41,593 bases of DNA from an uncultured Roseiflexaceae bacterium. Lineage in GTDB: Bacteria > Chloroflexota > Chloroflexia > Chloroflexales > Roseiflexaceae. The stretch is taken from assembly GCA_903868295.1 (NCBI GenBank), contig CAIPUQ010000290.1, positions 1 through 41,593 of the forward strand, written 5' to 3'. Of this stretch, positions 22,401 to 29,038 are shown piece after piece. The position numbers and the translations under genes are program-made. Below the pieces are notes generated by a model. The model made no database searches. It worked only from the letters and a program-made list of their open reading frames with translations, and was not told the origin of the DNA. The stretch's first letter is position 1. Each line of letters starts with the position of its first letter.

Positions 22401-25400
22401 GGAGCGCGCCATTCTGTCGCACTGCTCAGTAACGGTGCGGTCCAGACATGGGGCGATAACACCTTCGAGCAACTCGTCCAACCACCGATGAGTGCTGTCG
22501 TCAAAATAGCCGCTGGCGCATGGCACACACTTGCATTGCGGAGCAATGGCACCGTCATCGCATGGGGACGCAATCACGTCAATCAAATTGAAGTGGGTGC
22601 GTATACTGATGTCATTGATATTGCTGCAGGCGGAGACACATCTGTCCTCATGCTCAGAAGTGGACAAGTGATTGTTATTGGTGACACCGCCGAAAACCAG
22701 GGTGCTACACCCGCACAGCCAGTCCAATCCATTGCAGTCGGTGAGTCTCATCTGCTTGCGCTCACACGAGATGGCGAAATTCTCGGATGGGGATTGAATG
22801 CAGATCAACAGCTGAACCTCCCAAGCGACTATGCGAACGCATTCCAGATTTCTGCCGGCGCGACATTTAGTGCAATGCTCGCACGGGCGCGTACCGTGCC
22901 AACCCCGACGCTCCCAGCAATGACCGAGACTGCGGTGCCGCTGCCCGTGTTACCGACTGCAGCGCCACGACTTGCCAGTGGAGAGCAGGCAATCATCATC
23001 CGCGATGGGTCTGCAACGACACGTTCGACCCTACCCGTGAGTGCTGTCGAACTCTCTGCCGGTATGGATGTCGTGCTCAACGCCACCGGTACGTTGTCGA
23101 CAACGACACAGACTGACGCAACCCCTGGTGCACCGCCGCAAGATTGGGACACGAGTAGCGTTCACTCGGTTGCGCTCGGCACCGTTGGGGTCATGCTCTA
23201 CCAAAATCGCACCGTGAAAGCGTGGCAGCGGTGTGGAGACGAAGTGTCGTGCGTGAGCACCCCAGCAACTGATATCACCTCCGAAATTCCAGCTTCATTC
23301 CTGAGCAACGTTGCCGAAATCTCGGTACGCGGCCCGCATATGCTTATTCAAACACTCGATGGACGAGTATGGTCCAATCTCCTCACGCTCCCTGTGCTTA
23401 CTGACACCAAACACATCGCAGCCGGGCGGGATTTCGCTACAATTCTGCGCGCTGACGGCACCATCCGTGTATTTGCAAACAGTAGCGAAGAAGGGGTACA
23501 AAACATCCCAGCGGCCCTCAACACCATTATCGAAATCGCTGCAGGCGATTATCACGTCATGGCACTCCAAGCAAATGGTCGGTTGGTCAGTTGGGGAGCG
23601 GATGTCAATGATGTCCATCAAACAGACATCCCAGCATTCGCAACGCAAAACATCATCGCAATCGCAGCAGGAGAACGCCATAGCCTGGCGCTCAATGCCG
23701 CGGGAGTTGCATTCGCCTGGGGCGACTACACACGTCCAAACTTGAATGCCCTGGCAGGCATCAATAGTACCTATCGCATCACTGATATTCATACCGGAGG
23801 GGGAGCACTCGGCCTGCAAGTCGCCCCGCGCAACGCAGGACAACCCTCAGTCACACGGGTTCCAACCGTGACTGCAGTTGCACTCCCCACCATGACCAAC
23901 GTTTCACGCATATCGGGATTCACCGATAATCAAATCGCCTGGTACAGCATGTCAAATATCGTCTCAGCAACGACATTTGCCAGTCGTGGTTCGGCAACGA
24001 CGTACCGTTGCCCAGATCCAGCCAACTGCCCATCGGTCGCTGACCTCATCGGGCCAGACGCGCCGCCAGACGGCAGACTCTTTCCCGCGCTGACCTTTGT
24101 CGACGCACACGGCGATGAACTCTTTTCGAACACCAATGTCAATATTTCCGGTTCTGTATTCACAGCCCGAGCAAGCCTCAAGCGCACCAACGCAGACCGC
24201 CATGATGTGATGTTGAGTCTGGGTAGCGCTGGTTCCGTCCGACGCTACTTCGTGCTCGGGGTAGACAAAGAAAACCGGCCGTATTGCAGTTTTTATGGCG
24301 ATGACTTGGTCAGCGCCACCACATACCGCGACCGCTCATGGCATGACTACGCATGCAGTTTCGACCCTGTGTCGCGTATCCGGACGCTCTGGCGTGATGG
24401 ATCCATCATCGGCCAAGATGTTGTTCTCAATCCAGTGGCCATCCCTGCAGCGCCGCTCACGATCGGCAGACGCATCGATACGATGGAAGGTCTGGACGGT
24501 CAGCTTGGTGAAATTTCTGTCGTCAAACGGATACTGACCACAGCAGAGATGCAAAACCTCACCCCGGTCGCCCCTTCCGAGTACACGGCCGACGTGTTCA
24601 TTCGGACAACGATGCAGTCAGATTCACCAAATAAGGGTTCTGTTTCCTGTGACAACCGCATCGACGGGTCCACGTCGGTCTGTCCGTTCTTTCAAAACGA
24701 TGATCAATCACGTAACGGGACCTATGCTGCCTTCAACGGCGAAGCACTGCTCACCATTCCAGCCCAGCGCACCAGCGATGGATTCAGTCTGGGCATGTGG
24801 ACGAACATCGTGGCGTACAGCGGCGGAACTCCCATGATTGCGCGCCGTGATGCGTCAGGTGCAGGGATGGTTATCGAACAACGCTACGATGACGACGGTT
24901 ATCCAACGATGAGCTGTGCATGGGTTCCCAATCCAGCAAACCAAGAACTAACACAACGACTTTCGTTTGTGACATCGAGCGAAGACAGCCTGTGGCATCA
25001 TTACCTGTGTAGTTATGACGATGCGACTACCACCCTCTCGTTCTATACCGATGGTATTCTCAGAGGCTCACAGACGGTCCCGGCCAAAACCATCTTGGGG
25101 CCAATCACCATCGGTTCGACAACCGGGTCAGATGGTACCTCCAGCGATGCGTATATGGGGCTCGTTGACGATGTGATGCTCTACGACAAAGCACTCGATA
25201 CGCACGAAGTGGTACGTATCATGAATGCAACATCACGGACAACCTACGCGACACCGACTCCTACCGCTTGCCCACAAACCTACGATGGAGCAACCAATCT
25301 GCCTCTGACCGGCATGTCGGTTGCTCAGATTTCGGACCAGTGGGGCGCGTACACCGCAGATCGTGCTATCGATGGGATTACAACCGACACGCTCCCGAAC

Positions 25401-26288
25401 GATGAGGGATATACCTCAGGTGTTGCAATTACCAATGCGAATATGAACGCATGGTGGAAGATTGATCTTGGCCAGCAATACGAAATCGCAAACATCATAT
25501 TGTTCGATTTGACCGACCCAACGCTCCGAACCAATCTGAGCGATGCAATTGTGCTGATTAGTGATGTGGATTTTGGGGCGTCGGGCGAAATCGAATGGAT
25601 GAAGTCGCAGGCGATTGCGTGGAAGTACATCAAGTGCAACGACACAATTGGATGCGGCATTCCCGGATCACACAGCGATGCATCATACACCGTCAGTTTC
25701 CCCCAGGGGATCAAGGGTCGCTATATCCGCGTGCAGCATGAGGAAAGGTACGGCCAACTCAGTATCAACGAACTCCTCATCGATGCGTGGCGCACATCGT
25801 CTGCATGTACGACCGCAGTACCCAGCGCCACGATGACCATCACACGAACCGCATCAGTAACGGGTACGGCAGTGGCAACGCGCACGCCGCTCCCCAATAC
25901 ACAAACACCAACGATGCCCGGGATTACCCCATTTACCGCGACCCGAACCCTCACCCCAACGCCAACCAATAGTCGCACGCATACGGCCACCCGCACTGAG
26001 ACAATTACTCTCACGCCGACATTGCCCACCAGCACGCCGTTCCGTAGCCCGACACGAACCAATACCTCAACCCGCACCCCGCTCTACACAACCAGGACCA
26101 TGTTGGCACGTCGTAGCCCGACGTTCTATGCCCAAACTCTGACCGCCACACGATTAATGGTCGCCCAGACCCAAACCGCTGTAGCACGGACCATTACCGC
26201 GATTGCGGCCTTTACACCGACTGCGACAGTAGCATACCCGTTACCGCCAACGGCAACCCGCGTACCTACTGGCTACCCGACCCCATAA
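19386..26288 (+). CDS. Giant secreted protein (2,300 aa): Sec signal, unknown N-domain, three RCC1-type propellers, two LamG domains, F-type-lectin/discoidin-like domain, Thr/Pro-rich linkers and tail
   Basis: Uninterrupted 6.9-kb ORF with a good SD, an N-terminal signal peptide and domain motifs read from the translation (see sub-features). Stop is TAA 26286-26288, followed by a strong terminator. Confidence 0.93.
   Translation: [2300 protein letters not shown]
20670..20864 (+). repeat. Thr/Pro-rich low-complexity linker 1 (in-frame coding repeat)
   Basis: [65 protein letters not shown], encoded by imperfect ACN-CCN-ACN codon-level repeats. Confidence 0.85.
20910..21776 (+). other. RCC1-type propeller A (ORF B)
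   Basis: GPVFGWG (closure strand); [128 protein letters not shown]. Two degenerate blades follow. Confidence 0.75.
21852..22172 (+). other. RCC1 closure strand plus blades 1-2 of propeller B (ORF B)
   Basis: [75 protein letters not shown]. Confidence 0.7.
22173..22382 (+). repeat. Thr/Ser/Pro-rich low-complexity linker 2, inserted between RCC1 blades
   Basis: [70 protein letters not shown]. Confidence 0.8.
22383..22886 (+). other. RCC1 blades 3-7 of propeller B (ORF B)
   Basis: [135 protein letters not shown] (a half blade that would pair with GYLSIWG). Confidence 0.75.
23154..23825 (+). other. RCC1-like propeller C, partly degenerate (ORF B)
   Basis: [107 protein letters not shown]. Confidence 0.6.
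23910..25228 (+). other. Two LamG/ConA-like domains (ORF B)
   Basis: First domain: [10 protein letters not shown]...[10 protein letters not shown]...WHDYACSF...LWRDGSIIG...LTIGRR...[18 protein letters not shown]. Second domain: [15 protein letters not shown]...AAFNGEALL...WHHYLCSYD...FYTDGILRG...ITIGST...[19 protein letters not shown]. Confidence 0.7.
25314..25790 (+). other. F-type-lectin / discoidin-like domain with degenerate sugar-binding motif (ORF B)
   Basis: [11 protein letters not shown]...[40 protein letters not shown]...[25 protein letters not shown]. The framework matches ORF A 6940..7362, but N-R-x-D-C-C-x-x-R-L is replaced by [12 protein letters not shown] (25503..25538). Confidence 0.6.
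25809..26285 (+). repeat. Thr/Pro/Arg-rich low-complexity C-terminal tail of ORF B
   Basis: ...[74 protein letters not shown]...[13 protein letters not shown]. No terminal hydrophobic anchor or recognisable sorting motif. Confidence 0.8.
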
Positions 26289-26302
26289 GCGACGTACGCC
26301 CA

Positions 26303-26348
26303 CCCAGTTGCGAATCGTGTTGATTCGCAACTGGGTGTTTCTTTTTCC
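26303..26348 (+). terminator. Rho-independent terminator closing the giant-gene pair
   Basis: Perfect 14-bp stem CCCAGTTGCGAATC (26303-26316) / GATTCGCAACTGGG (26322-26335), 5-nt loop GTGTT, then TGTTTCTTTTTCC. It starts 15 nt after the ORF B stop. Confidence 0.8.
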
Positions 26349-26403
26349 AAAGAAGTGCGAGCTGTGTGGTATGCTAGCCACATCGGCATCAATGGAGTTG
26401 TCT

Positions 26404-27930
26404 ATGACACCAGTACTCGAAGTACGCAATCTGACCAAACGGTTCCCCGAGATTGTGGCAAACGACGCAGTGAGTTTCACCCTCGAACCCGGCGAAATCC
26501 ACGCATTCCTCGGCGAAAACGGTGCCGGCAAATCGACCTTGATGAATATGCTCTATGGGATGTACCGCCCCGACGACGGTGAAATACTGCTCAACGGGAG
26601 TGTCGTACAACTGAATGGCGCAAACGACGCCATTCGCCGTGGGTTAGGCATGGTTCATCAACACTTCATGCTCGTGCCGACGCTGACCGTGACCGAAAAC
26701 ATCATCCTCGGCAATGAAGTAACCAAAAACGGGACGCTTGACCTTGTCAAAGCTGGTACCGATATTGCTGCATTGGCCAAAACATATGGGCTCGACATCC
26801 CGGTGCACACCCTCGTCCAAGACCTCCCAGTCGGAGTGCAACAGCGGGTCGAAATTGTCAAAGCCCTCTATCGTGGTGCAGACATCCTGATCCTCGACGA
26901 ACCGACTGCGGTGCTCACGCCCCAAGAAGCGGACGATTTATTTGTGGTCATCCGTCGTCTCAAGGAACAGGGCAAATCCATTATCTTCATCAGTCACAAG
27001 CTCCGTGAAGTGATTGCCTTGGCAGACCGCATCAGTGTGCTCCGACGCGGCAAACTCGTCGGTTCTACGACGCCGTCACAAGCCACCGAAGCGACGCTTG
27101 CGGGCATGATGGTGGGCCGTGATGTCGTCTTGCATATCAACAAAACACCCGCAACGCCAGGTGCAATCATGCTCGCGGTCACTGACCTGACGGTTTCCGA
27201 TGATCGTGGGAACGTCGCAGTCGACCATGTGTCTTTTTCGGTGCGCGCAGGTGAAATCGTCGGGATAGCTGGTGTCCAAGGGAACGGACAAACCGAACTC
27301 GTCGAAGCAATCACCGGCCTGACCATCCCACGCTCCGGTACCATTACCCTCCACAACGAAGAACTCAGTGGACGCGGCACCAACGTCGCAATATCTGCAG
27401 GTATGGGCCACATCCCCGAAGATCGTCATCACCATGGGTTGGTGTTGAGTTATTCGATCGCAGACAACATGGTCCTGTCTACCTATGACCTCGAGCCGTT
27501 TTCGCACAATTATGTCATCAACAAAGACGCCATTGATGCCCAAGCGACCACCCTGGTACGCAACTTCGATGTGCGAACGCCCAGTATCGAAGCCCTCGCT
27601 TCGACCCTGTCGGGCGGTAACCAGCAAAAAGTCGTCGTCGCGCGTGAACTCGCGCGGCCGCTCAAGCTCCTTGTCGCCGCACAACCCACCCGCGGCCTCG
27701 ATGTCGGGTCCATTGAATTCATTCACACCCAGATCGTGGCACAGCGCAATAGCGGCAGTGCAGTTTTGCTCGTATCGGCAGAACTCGACGAAATCCTTTC
27801 GTTGGCCGATCGCATCTTGGTCATGTTCCATGGTCGCATCATCGCCGACATCCCGAGCGCTGACGCACACCGCAACACCATAGGGTTGCTGATGGCAGGC
27901 GTCACGGCGACACAAGAGGTACCCGCATGA
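26404..27930 (+). CDS. ABC transporter ATP-binding protein, fused double-NBD, BMP/nucleoside (CUT2-like) importer type
   Basis: NBD1: Walker A GENGAGKST, Walker B ILILDEPT. NBD2: GVQGNGQTEL, LSGGNQQK, LLVAAQPTRGLDVG. Start chosen at ATG 26404 (GGAG 7 nt upstream). The track's TTG 26308 lies inside the terminator hairpin. ATG 26371 and 26392 are alternatives. Confidence 0.92.
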   Translation: MTPVLEVRNLTKRFPEIVANDAVSFTLEPGEIHAFLGENGAGKSTLMNMLYGMYRPDDGEILLNGSVVQLNGANDAIRRGLGMVHQHFMLVPTLTVTENIILGNEVTKNGTLDLVKAGTDIAALAKTYGLDIPVHTLVQDLPVGVQQRVEIVKALYRGADILILDEPTAVLTPQEADDLFVVIRRLKEQGKSIIFISHKLREVIALADRISVLRRGKLVGSTTPSQATEATLAGMMVGRDVVLHINKTPATPGAIMLAVTDLTVSDDRGNVAVDHVSFSVRAGEIVGIAGVQGNGQTELVEAITGLTIPRSGTITLHNEELSGRGTNVAISAGMGHIPEDRHHHGLVLSYSIADNMVLSTYDLEPFSHNYVINKDAIDAQATTLVRNFDVRTPSIEALASTLSGGNQQKVVVARELARPLKLLVAAQPTRGLDVGSIEFIHTQIVAQRNSGSAVLLVSAELDEILSLADRILVMFHGRIIADIPSADAHRNTIGLLMAGVTATQEVPA

Positions 27931-29027
27931 CACCTACTACCCCTCAAACGCCACGTTCTTGGCAGACCATGCTGACCCCATTGTTGGTTCCATCTCTGGC
28001 TATATTTACCGCACTCGCCATCGGCGCTGTCATTATTGTGGCGACTGGTGCTGATGTCCTTGCTGCATACGGTGGGCTCTTCATGGGGGCAATCGGCACG
28101 CCGCGGTCGATTGCATACACACTCGTCGAAGCCACCCCGTACATCTTTGGTGGACTCGCCGTGCTTGTTGGCTTTCGCGGTGGGCTCTTCAACATCGGTG
28201 TCGAAGGACAAATAGCGGTCGGTTCGATGTGTGCAGCCATTGTTGGGGCCTTTGTCGATCTCCCGTTCGGTCTGCATGCCCTGGTGGCTTTTGCCGCCGG
28301 CGCCCTCGGTGGCGCGGTGTGGGGTGCTATCCCAGGCTGGTTGCGGGCACGCACCGGCGCCCACGAGGTCATCACCACCATCATGTTCAACTACATCGCC
28401 ATCAGAGCAACAGATTACCTCATCAAAGTTCCCTTCAGTGACCCTGAGTCTTCCGCCCAGCGTACCCCATTCATTGCTCCCGGTGCGGAACTACCGTTTT
28501 TGTTCGGCCCTGACTACCGCCTGCATATTGGCTTTCTGATTGGCATTGGTATGGTGTTTTTGACCAACTGGCTGCTCAATCGGACCATCATCGGCTTCGA
28601 AATCCGCACGGTCGGGGCAAACCCCGATGCCGCAGATTACTCCGGCATGAACGTCGGCCGCTCGTTGGTCACGACCATGGCCTTCAGCGGGCTCCTGGCC
28701 GGGATGGCAGGTGCGATCCAAGTCCTCGCGCTCGAACACAATCTCAAAGCATCGTTTTCTGCAGGGTATGGCTTCGATAGTATCGCCATCGCATTGCTCG
28801 CAGCCAGTAATCCGCTCGGTGTCATCCCCGCGGCGATTTTTTGGGGAGCGTTGCGCAACGGCGCAGGCTTAATGCAGCTCAATTCGGGGATTTCCATTAA
28901 TCTCATCAACATCGTCCAAGCACTGGTCATCGCGTTTGTCGCGGCCGATCAGATTGTGCGTCAGATATACCGCATTCGCACCGCAAAATCGAGCAACATC
29001 AAATTGACGCGTGGCTGGGGCCGATAG
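27927..29027 (+). CDS. ABC transporter permease (BMP/nucleoside-type, YufP/NupP-like)
   Basis: Polytopic membrane protein. The ATGA overlap with the ATPase stop (27927-27930) indicates translational coupling. Family-typical FNIGVEGQ and GFDSIAIALLA motifs are present. Confidence 0.9.
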   Translation: MTPTTPQTPRSWQTMLTPLLVPSLAIFTALAIGAVIIVATGADVLAAYGGLFMGAIGTPRSIAYTLVEATPYIFGGLAVLVGFRGGLFNIGVEGQIAVGSMCAAIVGAFVDLPFGLHALVAFAAGALGGAVWGAIPGWLRARTGAHEVITTIMFNYIAIRATDYLIKVPFSDPESSAQRTPFIAPGAELPFLFGPDYRLHIGFLIGIGMVFLTNWLLNRTIIGFEIRTVGANPDAADYSGMNVGRSLVTTMAFSGLLAGMAGAIQVLALEHNLKASFSAGYGFDSIAIALLAASNPLGVIPAAIFWGALRNGAGLMQLNSGISINLINIVQALVIAFVAADQIVRQIYRIRTAKSSNIKLTRGWGR

Positions 29028-29038
29028 GAGCGCTTGAG

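Noticed and set aside
26308-26403. TTG-initiated N-terminal extension of the ABC ATPase given by the ORF track (MRIVLIRNWVFLFPKK...).
   Set aside because: The TTG lies inside the 14-bp terminator stem of the upstream gene. The extension is not part of the conserved NBD. ATG 26404 has a GGAG at proper spacing.
27076-27933. 285-aa antisense ORF opposite the ABC ATPase gene. Similar long antisense ORFs occur at 40176..41027 (opposite mazG), 34905..35627 and 33893..34558 (opposite the WD40 gene), 2634..3314 and 18622..19215 (opposite ORF A).
   Set aside because: These are shadow ORFs typical of GC-biased coding DNA. Each is fully contained within a sense gene with clear family motifs. Their translations are low-complexity (Arg/Cys/His-rich) with no recognisable domains or SDs.
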